DNA of 63,162 nt, counting the filler. It is 7 parts of 7 records of this genome, joined end to end, with 100 filler letters (N's around TTAATTAATTAA, not from the genome) between each part and the next. Parts side by side here need not be neighbours in the genome. Positions count along the whole stretch, not along the records: positions 13,940 to 28,939 come from DRR723986_17447; positions 29,040 to 43,389 come from DRR723986_17449; 5 more parts are not named here. One strand, 5' to 3'. Made by a program: the position numbers and the translations under genes. The notes beneath the pieces are model-generated. The model had not been told where the DNA came from, made no database searches, and saw only the letters and a list, made by a program, of their open reading frames with translations. Positions 20,756 through 31,225 of this stretch are shown here, piece by piece. Positions within the stretch are counted from its first letter, which is position 1. The number at the start of each line of letters is the position of its first letter.

Positions 20756-22018
20756 ATGAAGAAGATCGCCGTTGTAGGCCTTGGATATGTTGGCTTGCCG
20801 TTAGCCGCAGCTTTTGGTGAAGAACGTGAAGTGGTCGGTTTTGATATCAACACCAAGCGCATTACCGAACTCAAGGATGGAGTAGACTTCACTCGCGAGG
20901 TGTCCTCCGACGAACTGGCTGCTGCCAAGTATCTATCGTTTACCGATTCTCTGGACGATATTGCCGATTGCCAGATTTACATAGTAACGGTGCCTACGCC
21001 AATTGATCAGTATAAGTCGCCCGACCTTACGCCGTTGATAAAAGCCAGTGAGAGCGTGGGTAAAGTCCTGAAAAAGGGCGATATCGTTGTTTACGAATCC
21101 ACAGTATTCCCTGGCGCTACTGAGGATGTATGCGTTCCGGTTCTGGAAAAGGTATCTGGCCTTAAGTTCAACCAGGACTTCTTTGCAGGTTACAGCCCGG
21201 AGCGTATTAACCCGGGCGATAAAGAACACCGCGTTACGACGATTATGAAGGTAACCTCAGGCTCTACCCCTGAGATTGCTGAAGAGGTAAACAATCTCTA
21301 CGCAGGCATCATTACTGCCGGAACCCATAAGGCGAGCTCAATTAAGGTTGCAGAGGCTGCCAAGGTTATTGAAAACACTCAGCGGGATTTGAATATTGCG
21401 CTGATGAATGAGTTGTCGATGATTTTTGCCCGTATTGGCATTGATACCCATGAGGTTTTGGCGGCGGCAGGTACCAAATGGAACTTTCTGCCATTCAAGC
21501 CAGGGCTGGTTGGCGGGCATTGTATTGGTGTGGACCCATACTATCTTACCCATAAGGCTCAAGCCATTGGCTATCATCCAGAGATTATTCTTGCTGGCCG
21601 CCGGGTGAACGATAACATGGGCCCCTACGCTGCAGCCGAGTTGGTTAAGGCGATGATCAAGAAGGGGCACACTATTGCGAAGTCTCGTGTATTGGTAATG
21701 GGCCTTACCTTTAAGGAAAACTGCCCCGATTTGCGCAATACCCGCGTAATCGATGTGGTTAATGAGTTAAAGGATTTTGGTTGTCAGGTGGATGTCACCG
21801 ATTGCTGGGCTGACAGTGAAGAGGCCGAGCATGAATATGGTATTTCTCTGGTTCTGGAGCCTAAAGCTGGTGATTATAATGCGGTTTTTCTTGCTGTTCC
21901 GCACCGTGAATATGCGAGTCTCTCGGCCGATCAATTGAGGGTTTATACCACTGACAACGGCGTTTTATTTGATTTGAAGGGCGTGTTGCCCTTGGGAATG
22001 TCCGATTTGCGTCTTTGA
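20756..22018 (+). CDS. tviB: UDP-N-acetylhexosamine C-6 dehydrogenase (TviB/WbpO family)
   Basis: [45 protein letters not shown]. Confidence 0.85.
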   Translation: MKKIAVVGLGYVGLPLAAAFGEEREVVGFDINTKRITELKDGVDFTREVSSDELAAAKYLSFTDSLDDIADCQIYIVTVPTPIDQYKSPDLTPLIKASESVGKVLKKGDIVVYESTVFPGATEDVCVPVLEKVSGLKFNQDFFAGYSPERINPGDKEHRVTTIMKVTSGSTPEIAEEVNNLYAGIITAGTHKASSIKVAEAAKVIENTQRDLNIALMNELSMIFARIGIDTHEVLAAAGTKWNFLPFKPGLVGGHCIGVDPYYLTHKAQAIGYHPEIILAGRRVNDNMGPYAAAELVKAMIKKGHTIAKSRVLVMGLTFKENCPDLRNTRVIDVVNELKDFGCQVDVTDCWADSEEAEHEYGISLVLEPKAGDYNAVFLAVPHREYASLSADQLRVYTTDNGVLFDLKGVLPLGMSDLRL

Positions 22019-22034
22019 TTTGTTTGAAATGCAG

Positions 22035-22057
22035 AGCCGGCAGTGTGCCGGCTTTTT
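22035..22057 (+). terminator. Intrinsic terminator
   Basis: agccggca-gtg-tgccggct followed by a T run. Confidence 0.8.
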
Positions 22058-22175
22058 ATTAAGTAGGTTTCGATAATTTATTTTGCCTTGGCAGGGTATA
22101 TCAATTATTATTCGTCTCGACTATCGGTCATATTCATTCAGTATTTAAAACCCCGCGATAAAAGGTTTTATTTCC

Positions 22176-22544
22176 ATGGCAAAGATTAATGATTATTACC
22201 AGAAGAAACAGCTTATGGAAAAGCTGGCCGCCGAGCTGGAGAAGCTCGAAAAGGACCAGGCACTGAAAAGCGAACTGGAATTCGAGAACAAAGTTCGCGA
22301 TTTGATGAAAGAGTATGACAAATCACCGAAGGACGTTCTGCAGATTCTGTCTGCTATTGATCCTTCTATCGCTGGTGCCAAGGCCGAGACTGCAACCGGT
22401 ACCCGTGCCAAGCGTCCGCTGAAAACCTACAAAAACCCGCACACCGGTGAAGTGGTAAAAACCCGCGGTGGTAATCACAAGACTCTGAACGAGTGGCGTG
22501 AAAAGCACGGTAAGGAAGCTGTACAGAGCTGGCAGCAGGATTAA
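22176..22544 (+). CDS. MvaT/MvaU-family histone-like nucleoid-structuring protein
   Basis: Coiled-coil N-terminus, ELEFENK, RPLKTYKNPHTGEVVKTRGGNHKTLNEW. Confidence 0.9.
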   Translation: MAKINDYYQKKQLMEKLAAELEKLEKDQALKSELEFENKVRDLMKEYDKSPKDVLQILSAIDPSIAGAKAETATGTRAKRPLKTYKNPHTGEVVKTRGGNHKTLNEWREKHGKEAVQSWQQD

Positions 22545-22581
22545 TTGCTCATTCCCCTCTCTCAGTAGAGGGAGGGGAGCA

Positions 22582-23532
22582 TTAACTGACTACGACTTTG
22601 TTCCGTCCGCTTTCCTTGGCTTTATACAAAGCCTCATCTGCCTTTTGCATCCACTGCATATAGTTCTCTGGCGTTTCAGTTAATTGCGCGATGCCCATGC
22701 TCACCGTGTAGCGAATATCGCCTGCCGTTGTGCTAACCGTACTGTTCTCAATGGCCTCACGAATGCGCTCGCAGATGACCCGGGCACTTTCGGCATCGGT
22801 TTCTGGCAAAATAATGCCAAACTCTTCACCGCCATAGCGGCCGGCACTGTCTGATTGCCGGATGTTATTACGAGTGACTTCGGCGGTATGGCGAATGACC
22901 TCGTCTCCCGCCAGGTGTCCGTAGGTGTCATTCACCGGTTTGAAGTGGTCGATATCGAACATCACCAGGCTTGTGGCCTGGCCATAGCGCCGGAAACGTT
23001 CATATTCGGCATCCACCAGGTTTTCCCAGGTTCCCCGGTTCAGCAGCCCCGTTAGCCGGTCTGTCATGCTGAGTTTCGCCAGCTGTTCGTTTGCACGCTC
23101 CAGGGCCCGCTTGCTGCTGGCGAATTCGGTCACGTCGTAAATCAGCAGGCACACCTTCTCCACTTCACCGGTTGGAGCGGTGATCGGGCTGATGGTCAGG
23201 TTCTGGAACATAAATTCTTCAGTACCCGTGATCGGACGAGTATTGCGGAACTTGAACAGATAAGGGCGTTGTTCCCAAGAGGTAAAGGCCCGGGTATTCA
23301 GCATGGCAACGGCATCCACCTTACGGGTAAGCCAAGCTTCTGGAATATCTGGAAAGGTCTCAAACAGTTTTTTGTCCCGAATCTGGCTGGCCGTAATGCC
23401 ACTGTGGTGTTCCATAAAACCGTTCCAGGCCTGAACGTGGAAATCGAGATCAAGCACCACTAGCCCAACCTCTACCGATTCGAGCATGTCCATCAGCCAG
23501 TGGAATTCGTTGGCATCCTGGTTAAAGGCCAT
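22582..23532 (-). CDS. PAS-like sensor diguanylate cyclase
   Basis: DRLTGLLNR, DIDHFKPVNDTYGH, RQSD I-site, GRYGGEEF. Confidence 0.92.
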   Translation of the reverse strand: MAFNQDANEFHWLMDMLESVEVGLVVLDLDFHVQAWNGFMEHHSGITASQIRDKKLFETFPDIPEAWLTRKVDAVAMLNTRAFTSWEQRPYLFKFRNTRPITGTEEFMFQNLTISPITAPTGEVEKVCLLIYDVTEFASSKRALERANEQLAKLSMTDRLTGLLNRGTWENLVDAEYERFRRYGQATSLVMFDIDHFKPVNDTYGHLAGDEVIRHTAEVTRNNIRQSDSAGRYGGEEFGIILPETDAESARVICERIREAIENSTVSTTAGDIRYTVSMGIAQLTETPENYMQWMQKADEALYKAKESGRNKVVVS

Positions 23533-23534
23533 AG

Positions 23535-24563
23535 TTAATCCACCAGATACGCTAGGCGTTTTTCAAGGAATGGAATCGAATCCTCGGTCAATAGGATCAG
23601 CATATTGCAACGGATATCACGGTTTTCTAAGGCGTAGCTGATTTCGATGCATAGCAGTTGTTCTTCTCGTTTGCTGTGATGGTCCAGTAGTTCATTGACC
23701 GGGCGGTGTTGGCCGAGAACGGTCGGGTGACCGAGGCCAAGTTTCAGGTCGAGTTGATCGCCAATGCCATTAATAAAGGCGCCAAACAGGATGCTCGACA
23801 TATCCATGAGTACTTCTACGTTTACCGCTTCGCCTTCCAGTACATCGTAGTGCAGCAGTTCTGCCATTTCTCGGAAGCTAGCGTCTTCAAACAGCAGAAG
23901 TGCTTCGCCAGCGATGCCTGCGCCCGTGAAGCCTTGGCAAACAGCAGAATAGTCCTGTTCTCGCTGAGCGGCTGAAATGGCCATGTGAAGCTCGGAGTTT
24001 GCGATGAACGCCACTTTGGGGATGGGTTGTTTAACGAACACCTTGAGTAGCCGCGCCAGAAGATCGGAGGAGCGTCCCATGGCTACGTTGGAGATCTCCT
24101 GCAGATAGTCGCTAAGACTCACAGATATTTCGGGGGCGGTGGATTCCCGACTATGGAGATTTGCATCATTGAGCGCTGAATCTTCGAGCTCTGATGGTCG
24201 ATAAAAACCATACTCTTCGAGCAACCGGGAGACTATGCCGGTATCGGTCGGCTTTTTTATGAAGTCTATTGCGCCCAGCTTGCGCACTCGCTCCCGGGCT
24301 TCCGGCTGAATATCGCCAGAGACCACGATGGTAAGAACAGGGAGATCTTCCGCGCGTATGTGCTCAAGTACCTGATAGCCGTCAAGTTCCGGCATATTTA
24401 AGTCCAGGAACAATAGCTCGGCTTTCTGATCGCGTAGTATCCCCAAGCCCTCTTTGCCGTCGCCGGCAAACAGGATGTCGTCTGCAAGGCCTGGGGGTAG
24501 CGCTTTCGCCATTTGTTTGCGCGCTAGAGCAGAGTCATCGCAAATCAGTATTCTGGTCGTCAT
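23535..24563 (-). CDS. Response regulator with CheC-like C-terminal domain
   Basis: ILICDDS, LFLDLNMPELDG, FIKKP receiver motifs. LQEISNVAMG ExxN motif. Confidence 0.85.
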   Translation of the reverse strand: MTTRILICDDSALARKQMAKALPPGLADDILFAGDGKEGLGILRDQKAELLFLDLNMPELDGYQVLEHIRAEDLPVLTIVVSGDIQPEARERVRKLGAIDFIKKPTDTGIVSRLLEEYGFYRPSELEDSALNDANLHSRESTAPEISVSLSDYLQEISNVAMGRSSDLLARLLKVFVKQPIPKVAFIANSELHMAISAAQREQDYSAVCQGFTGAGIAGEALLLFEDASFREMAELLHYDVLEGEAVNVEVLMDMSSILFGAFINGIGDQLDLKLGLGHPTVLGQHRPVNELLDHHSKREEQLLCIEISYALENRDIRCNMLILLTEDSIPFLEKRLAYLVD

Positions 24564-24915
24564 GAGCTGCCGTTCTGGGGCCGAAAATCAAAGACACTGA
24601 GTATACCAGTATCTCGCCATGTGTATATGGGGGCTACATTGTGTCTTCATGCCGCCTGGTGAGTTATTGAGGTTATTTTAATCCTGTGACGAACATCAAG
24701 CTTGAACGACAAATGACCGTTGTGTAACGAATGAATGTGATGTGCCTCACTAAATACACGAGCTTTTGTCAGATATAGTTCCGTTGCGGTCAAAAAGAAA
24801 CAATTCGTTACAAAGAATAACAGGCCGTATGCCAGCACCGAAATAATAAAACCAGCGGGCCGGCATGGAGTCGGGTGTCGAAACTGACTCACTAAAACAA
24901 TCAGAGACACAATCT

Positions 24916-25794
24916 ATGACAAAGCAAGCGTACGGATGCGCTGCCCTCGCCATGCTCTGCCTGGGTATTTCGCCCGTTTCCCAGGCAGAACTGGAGCCCA
25001 TTTCAGACAATGCGATGGGCGAGGTAACCGGGCAGGCCTTTATGCAGATTGAAAATATCCCCGGCCAGAATCATGAATTCACGCGCATGACGCTGACCAT
25101 GGATGTAGAGACCCGTGTGAATATTGACGATATTCAGGCCGGCCAGATCAATGGCGGCACGGACTTCTCTGCCACCCACTTGGCCCTTGGTCATATCGCC
25201 CGTAACGATGGCGAGACCTTCAATGGCAAGACCTACAATGCCGGGGATGAAATTCCTTTCGAAGCGCGCATGCCCTACATCGAGCTGGCGGAGGATGCCG
25301 CGGGCCTTGCCGGATTCCGTATGGGTTTCGGGCAGGCAAGGGGCTCGGTGTCGTCCCATACCACCAGCTTCAGCGGCGACATCGGCCTGAAAGTGCAGGA
25401 TGCAACCGGTGCCGTTTACGATACCTATCTGTTTGATGGCGATGGTGGCGCGGCCACCAACTACCGTGCCTCTCACATTGGTATTGATCCCAACTCCTGT
25501 GTTTCCGGAGCTAACTGCACGCCACTTACCCACCTACAATCACTGACCGTAGGTGAGGATAACGGCAGTGCCGATGGCACCATCGGGTTTACAGATGCGT
25601 TTTTCGTCGGTTTTCAGCGCGATGACGGCGTAGCCTGGCAAACGCTGGACGGTGCCAACACCATCAGCGTTGGGAAAGGGGTATTTATTAACCTGCCTAC
25701 CAACATGACCGTGGATCTGAGCCAACTTGTTGGCCCGGATGGCATTGACCGCCTGCGCACCCATCAGACGGATATGGGTACCAAGCTGTTTTGA
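24916..25794 (+). CDS. DUF6160 family exported protein
   Basis: Signal peptide ending SQA, then ELEPISDNAMGEVTGQA typical of the DUF6160 N-terminus. PYIEL...GFRMGFG. Confidence 0.65.
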   Translation: MTKQAYGCAALAMLCLGISPVSQAELEPISDNAMGEVTGQAFMQIENIPGQNHEFTRMTLTMDVETRVNIDDIQAGQINGGTDFSATHLALGHIARNDGETFNGKTYNAGDEIPFEARMPYIELAEDAAGLAGFRMGFGQARGSVSSHTTSFSGDIGLKVQDATGAVYDTYLFDGDGGAATNYRASHIGIDPNSCVSGANCTPLTHLQSLTVGEDNGSADGTIGFTDAFFVGFQRDDGVAWQTLDGANTISVGKGVFINLPTNMTVDLSQLVGPDGIDRLRTHQTDMGTKLF

Positions 25795-25839
25795 TTTTGC
25801 TAGACTCCTGCCTCTGAATCAACACGCAGGAGTCTTCTT

Positions 25840-27288
25840 TTGATCCGCTCTTTCTACTGGCACGATTACGAAACCTTTGGCGTAGACCCGGTTCATGACC
25901 GGCCCTCCCAGTTTGCGGGTGTGCGCACTGATGCGGATCTGAATATCATCGAAGACCCGCTGGTGATCTATTGCAAGCCAGCCGACGATTACCTGCCATC
26001 CCCCGAAGCCTGCCTGATTACTGGTATTACTCCCCAGAAAGCGCTGGAGGACGGATTTCCGGAAGCCGAGTTTATCGCCCAGATTAATGAGGCTTTCAGC
26101 CTGCCCGGTACCTGCGCTGTGGGCTACAACAGCCTGCGGTTTGATGATGAAGTCACTCGGCACACGTTGTACCGCAATCTCCGGGATCCCTACGCCAGGG
26201 AATGGCAGAACGGGAACTCTCGCTGGGACATCATTGATATGGTGCGGCTGACCTATGCCTTGCGGCCGGACGGTATCAACTGGCCCCGCAAAGAAGATGG
26301 CAGCCCGAGTTTCAGGCTGGAAGAGCTGACGGTGGCCAATGGTATTGCTCATGAGTCTGCCCACGATGCCATGTCGGATGTGCTGGCCACCATTGCCGTG
26401 GCAAAGCTGATCAAGGAAAAGCAGCCCAAACTGTTTGATTTCGTTCTGAACAACAAAGACAAACACTATGCACGGCAAATGCTGGACACGGCGAGCATGA
26501 AGCCGGTGTTTCATATTTCTGCCAAATATCCGGCTACAAGAGGTTGTTGTGCGTTGGTGGCACCGTTGGCAGAGAGCCTGAGCAACAAAAACCAGGTGAT
26601 CGTTTACGATCTTCGGGAAGACCCGGAGGCGCTGATCAATGCCTCGGTCGAGGAGATACGTGAGCGGGTATTTACGTCTCAGGCGGAACTGGGGGAGGGT
26701 GTTAGCCGCTTTCCACTGAAAGGCGTGCAATTGAACAAGTGCCCGGTATTGGCGCCGGCGACCATGCTCTCCACGCTGTCACAGGAGCGGTTGGCCGAGT
26801 TGGAGCTGGATGGAGACGTACTGCGGGCCAACCTGGCCAAGCTGCGAAAAGCACCAGACCTGCCCGCCCGCATTGCCCAGGCATTCGAACAGGATTTTCA
26901 GGGCAGCGACCTGACCGATCCCGACGAACAGCTTTACGCGGGCGGGTTTATCAGCAAAACCGACCGGGAGAAACTCAACTGGTTGCTGACCCAGCCCGTG
27001 GATACCCTGGCCGAGCAGGAAGTGAGGTTTGAAGACGCTCGCCTGCCGGAGATGCTGTTCCGTTACCGTGCCCGCAACTATCCGGATACCCTGATTGGCG
27101 AGGAAATGGAGCGCTGGGAGCAGTTTCGTACCGAACGGTTGATGCAGCCGAAAAAGGGGTGGCGTTCATTGGAGGCTTACGGTCGGGAACTTCAGCGATT
27201 GGCCTCTGATCCTGAGCTGACGCCCAAAAAGCAGCAGGTTCTGGAAGATCTACATCTTTACGGTGAATCTTTGATTCCCTACCTGTAG
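25840..27288 (+). CDS. sbcB: Exodeoxyribonuclease I
   Basis: WHDYETFG, DRPSQFAG, GYNSLRFDDE, AHDAMSDV, LFRYRARNYP. TTG start with AGGAG RBS. Confidence 0.95.
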   Translation: MIRSFYWHDYETFGVDPVHDRPSQFAGVRTDADLNIIEDPLVIYCKPADDYLPSPEACLITGITPQKALEDGFPEAEFIAQINEAFSLPGTCAVGYNSLRFDDEVTRHTLYRNLRDPYAREWQNGNSRWDIIDMVRLTYALRPDGINWPRKEDGSPSFRLEELTVANGIAHESAHDAMSDVLATIAVAKLIKEKQPKLFDFVLNNKDKHYARQMLDTASMKPVFHISAKYPATRGCCALVAPLAESLSNKNQVIVYDLREDPEALINASVEEIRERVFTSQAELGEGVSRFPLKGVQLNKCPVLAPATMLSTLSQERLAELELDGDVLRANLAKLRKAPDLPARIAQAFEQDFQGSDLTDPDEQLYAGGFISKTDREKLNWLLTQPVDTLAEQEVRFEDARLPEMLFRYRARNYPDTLIGEEMERWEQFRTERLMQPKKGWRSLEAYGRELQRLASDPELTPKKQQVLEDLHLYGESLIPYL

Positions 27289-27348
27289 CGAATTGCAGAC
27301 CCCGGGCATCCTCGCGTGAGGATTGTCCCGGGATCTGGGTGGCGCCGA

Positions 27349-28939
27349 TTAGCGCCGACGCTGGAAATACACGCTCAGGTTCTGCCCCATCAGGCTTTGA
27401 ACTTCACTACCCAGGGCTTCCGCCTGGATCTGGCGCTGTACCGGGCCGGTGGCCAGGCTGTGGCCATCTTCATCCCGGGCTTTAATCAGCTTCCACTCTA
27501 CTTCATTGCTCACCAGGGCCAGCAGTTCTTTGAGCTGGTTGGCGTCTTGCGGCCGGAACCATCGATCGCGGCAGCCGCCCAGGCTGTAGAAGTCCTCGTC
27601 CTTCAGCAGCTCTGTCCAGAGGGTATCTTGCCGGTTGGCCAATACCATCCTGCGAAGTTGACGCAGGGCGGTACGAGTGGGCTGCAGATTGTGCTCCGCG
27701 ACCAGGCGGCGAATCTGTTTGTCGCCCTGGGTTTGCTCGGCCAGCGCGGTGTGCATGTGCACAATGGCACCGGTGTTCGAGGCAGTATTGATGAGTGCGG
27801 CCAGAGAAAGCTCGGTCATGGCCGGTGAGGGCACACGGCCCACTTCCACCCAATGGACCTTGTGACCATCGGCCACAAAACGCTGTGCGATGGCCCAGGG
27901 CCAGAACACGATGTTGTCCATGTTCAGGCTCTGGGCCATGCGGGTGCCTTTAGCGATATTGGCCAGGGATTCATCAACTGCAATCACTTCCACATCGTTC
28001 AGGTATTGCGCCAGCTCCATGGCTCGCTGTCCAGACTGAGCGCCGCACACCATAATCCGCAACGTGGCGGGGAGGTTGTCGGTGTTCAGGCCAAGTTCCT
28101 GCGCCATCACGGCTTTCAGGCTGGTCTCCGTCCGATAGGCCAGCTGGCTCCAGGCCGGCCATGCCTGGGGCACATCGGTTTTCTCCAGGCAGAGTTCCTC
28201 GGCTTTTTCGTCAAAATTCTGCTTGATGGCCTCTTCTTCTGCCCGGTTGTAGTAGCTGGCTGCCATAATGGGTTGCATGGCCAGTGGCCAGTCCACCAGG
28301 TTCCATTGGCCGAGTTGAACTGCAAAGTTTTGGTGGAAAAGCGCACCATACATGGCGCTGATCATCAGAGAGCCAATCAGGGCCTCTTGAGGTTCGCCTA
28401 CGGCGAATTGCGCCATGATGCTTTCATTGATGGTGGCCGCCAGGCGTTCCTCATCGTCTTCCGCGGCCAGCGCGAAGCCGGTGCGGTCGGCGTATTCCGC
28501 GATCGCCAGGCAGAGGGGCTGCAGTTCGTCCCTCAGGCTGGCCGTTTGAGCGACCTCCGCCATAATGGCGCGGCGCAGTAGCACCACCAGTTCTTCCACA
28601 GCGGCATTGGGCATCAGAGTTTTCTGGAGCGCCAGGATCAGCAATTCATCTTCTGCCGCGGCATCCAGGAAGATTTCGGCGTTAGGGTTATCCAGGTCGT
28701 ATTGCTGCTGGATGATTTCGCCGACAAAGTGGCCGATTTCCTGGTGTGGCAGACCTTCCTGCCGAAGCAGGGCAATGGCGTCCAGCGCCAGATCGCTGTC
28801 GGCTTTGTGAACCTGAAGGTGCTGCGCGCAGGAGAGCATGCCGGAATAGACAGAGTCCCATTCCGATCCGCTTTGGAGTAACTTTCGGTAGTGCAGGTAG
28901 GCAACATCAAACTGGCCTTGCAGCCGTTTGGCATGAGCA
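27349..28939 (-). CDS. TPR plus class I methyltransferase-like protein with degenerate SAM motif, 5' truncated
   Basis: Frame is open to the contig end (AHAKRLQGQFDVAYLHYRKLL is TPR-like). LRIMVCGAQSGQRAMELA...VIAVDES and DFYSLGGCRDRWF. Confidence 0.55.
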
Positions 28940-29039
28940 NNNNNNNNNNNNNNNNNNNNNNNNNNNNNNNNNNNNNNNNNNNNTTAATTAATTAANNNNN
29001 NNNNNNNNNNNNNNNNNNNNNNNNNNNNNNNNNNNNNNN
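28940..29039. other. Artificial contig spacer
   Basis: Same linker. Confidence 0.97.
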
Positions 29040-30404
29040 TTGATGAGCGAGCGTGACTTGAAGCGGGTCGAGATCCTGGCCCAGGTCGATGACGGGCATA
29101 TCGGCGTCACGACGGCGGCCAATCTGATGAACATGTCCAGGCGTCATGTCTATCGCTTGCTCGACCGGTTCCGGTCCGAAGGTCCTGGCGGCATCCGGCA
29201 CCGGGCCCGCGGCCGCCGCCCGAACAACGCCATCCATCCGGCCAAGCGCGAATACGCGATGACATTGGTGCGCGAGCGCTACGAGGATTTCGGGCCGACA
29301 CTGGCCGCCGAGATGCTCTTGGAACACCACGGCTTCAAGGTTGGCCGGGAGACGCTGCGCCAGTGGATGATCGAAGACGGGCTGTGGCTGTCCCGCAAGC
29401 AGCGCCGGCGGTTCCATCAGCCGCGGCTGCGCCGGGAGTGTTTTGGTGAGCTGGTGCAGATCGATGGCAGTGATCATCGCTGGTTGGAGGATCGCGGCGA
29501 TCCTTGCACGTTGCTGGTGTTTATCGACGATGCCACCAGCACATTGATGGAATTGCGGTTTGTGCGTTCGGAAAGCGCCTTCAGCTATTTCGAGGCGCTG
29601 GACTCCTATCTGACCAATCACGGCCGTCCGGTTGCGTTTTATTCCGACAAGCATTCTGTGTTTAAGGTCAACAAGCCGGACGCGCGGGGCGGCCAGGGCA
29701 TGACCCAGTTCGGCCGGGCGCTCTGTGAGCTCAACATCGAGATCCTGTGCGCCAATTCCAGCCAGGCCAAAGGCCGTGTCGAGCGCGCCAACCGGACACT
29801 TCAGGACCGTTTGGTAAAGGCTCTGCGGCTTGCCGATATCTGCACGATCGAGGATGCCAACGCGTTCCTGCCGCAGTTCATGGAGCGCTACAACGCGCAG
29901 TTTTCCAAGGTTCCAGCCCGATCGGACAACCTGCATCGGGCGCTGAATGTAGAGCCGGACCGGCTCCAGGACATCCTGTGCTGGAAGGAGAAGCGCTATG
30001 TGACGGCACAGCTTGCGATTTCCTATGAACGCAAGCGGCTGATCCTCGAAGAGAACGAGGTAACCAGCGCCCTGCCCGGCAAATACATCGAGACACGAGA
30101 GCATGCCGACGGTCGCCTTGAGGTGCTCTGGAACGGGGTTTCCTTGCCGTTCCGAGTGTTCGACAAGGACCAGCGCGTGTCGCATACGGCGATCACCGAG
30201 AACAAACGCCTCGGCGATGTCCTGTCGTGGGTCAAGGAACAGCAGGAGGCAAATCTGCCGCCGCCCAAGGTTAAATCAAACAGCGAGAAAGGCGGCTATA
30301 AGAAGCGTGGACGAAAGCCAACAGGTCGACCGAGTTTGTTTGACGATCCGCAATACTTGGCCAAACGGCGCAAGGAACGATCCCGGATCGAGGCGGCTGA
30401 GTGA
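29040..30404 (+). CDS. ISNCY/IS1202-type DDE transposase, first few codons probably missing
   Basis: N-terminal HTH, YEDFGPTLAAE, GELVQIDGSDHRW, FIDDATS, YSDKHSVF, SQAKGRVERAN. Confidence 0.92.
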   Translation: MMSERDLKRVEILAQVDDGHIGVTTAANLMNMSRRHVYRLLDRFRSEGPGGIRHRARGRRPNNAIHPAKREYAMTLVRERYEDFGPTLAAEMLLEHHGFKVGRETLRQWMIEDGLWLSRKQRRRFHQPRLRRECFGELVQIDGSDHRWLEDRGDPCTLLVFIDDATSTLMELRFVRSESAFSYFEALDSYLTNHGRPVAFYSDKHSVFKVNKPDARGGQGMTQFGRALCELNIEILCANSSQAKGRVERANRTLQDRLVKALRLADICTIEDANAFLPQFMERYNAQFSKVPARSDNLHRALNVEPDRLQDILCWKEKRYVTAQLAISYERKRLILEENEVTSALPGKYIETREHADGRLEVLWNGVSLPFRVFDKDQRVSHTAITENKRLGDVLSWVKEQQEANLPPPKVKSNSEKGGYKKRGRKPTGRPSLFDDPQYLAKRRKERSRIEAAE

Positions 30405-30410
30405 CCAGTC

Positions 30411-30800
30411 CTATTCGGTTCGAAGTTGGCTGAGCATTGGGCAATTGACATTGCCCCGTGAGCAGTTCGAGATAAGCTGCTTCAGCGCGGTTTCGAGTTT
30501 CTTCAGTTCGGCGATTTTGGTTTCCACATTGGCGATATGAACTTCCGCCAGTTCCTTCACAGCCTCACAGTCCGAGGCCCGGTTCTCGGAAAGGTCCAGC
30601 AGCATCTTCGCTTCGGCAAGGGGAAAACCAAGATCGCGCAGCCTTTTCAGGAGGCGCAACCGGCCGACATCATCAGCCGTGTAAAGCCGCCGATTGTTGG
30701 TTGCCCGCCCCGGTTTCGGAACAATCCTTTCCCGTTCGTAGTAGCGGATTGTCTCGATACTGACGCCGCTCTGTTTCGATGCTTCTCCAATCGCGATCAT
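30411..30800 (-). CDS. MerR-family metal-responsive regulator (three-Cys, Hg/Cd/Pb type)
   Basis: IGEASKQSGVSIETIRYYE, RDLGF. Cys in SDC, SNC and NCP. Confidence 0.9.
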   Translation of the reverse strand: MIAIGEASKQSGVSIETIRYYERERIVPKPGRATNNRRLYTADDVGRLRLLKRLRDLGFPLAEAKMLLDLSENRASDCEAVKELAEVHIANVETKIAELKKLETALKQLISNCSRGNVNCPMLSQLRTE

Positions 30801-30815
30801 GTGATGTCATCCGGC

Positions 30816-30846
30816 TTGATCCTGTAGTGACTACAGGAGGTATGTC
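30816..30846 (+). promoter_or_regulatory. MerR-type promoter/operator
   Basis: TTGATC, 19-bp spacer, TATGTC. Perfect dyad TCCTGTAGT-G-ACTACAGGA at 30820-30838. Confidence 0.85.
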
Positions 30847-30897
30847 TGCGGACACCGAAAGTCACTACGCAATGCCGTGATGATCCGGGAGATCGAG

Positions 30898-31221
30898 ATG
30901 CAGAAATTCCTAAGTCTGAGCTATTTGAGTTCGATTTCGGCGCTAGGGGTCGCGACCTGCTGTGTCCTGCCGATGACGATGATGTTGCTGGGACTGGGAG
31001 GAAGCTGGCTGGCAGTGTTCGGGAAGATCGCCGCTGCAAGCTATTACGTTCTTGCTGTTTCTTCGGTCCTTGTTGCCGTGTCCTGGTTCGTCGCGTTTCG
31101 ACGACAGTCGCTTGCAAGGTTGAAGTGGTGGTTGTCGGGGACTACGACGATGACGGTTTTGGCCTGGGTTGTTGTCTTCAACGAGACCCGGATAAACGAC
31201 TATTTGATTATGCGGATGTGA
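30898..31221 (+). CDS. MerT-like membrane metal transporter
   Basis: Three hydrophobic segments, ATCCVLP Cys pair in TM1, LGLGGSWL. GGAG RBS before ATG 30898. Confidence 0.7.
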   Translation: MQKFLSLSYLSSISALGVATCCVLPMTMMLLGLGGSWLAVFGKIAAASYYVLAVSSVLVAVSWFVAFRRQSLARLKWWLSGTTTMTVLAWVVVFNETRINDYLIMRM

Positions 31222-31225
31222 GACG

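Noticed and set aside
22176..22544. mvaT-like gene as a silencer carried by the polysaccharide island
   Set aside because: It lies beyond the locus terminator among core-like genes. Adjacency alone is not evidence.
24700..24915. c-di-GMP riboswitch near the cyclase and DUF6160 genes
   Set aside because: No GEMM-I or GEMM-II consensus recognised.
27349..30404. Transposase insertion truncating the TPR-methyltransferase-like gene
   Set aside because: They are on different contigs separated by the linker.
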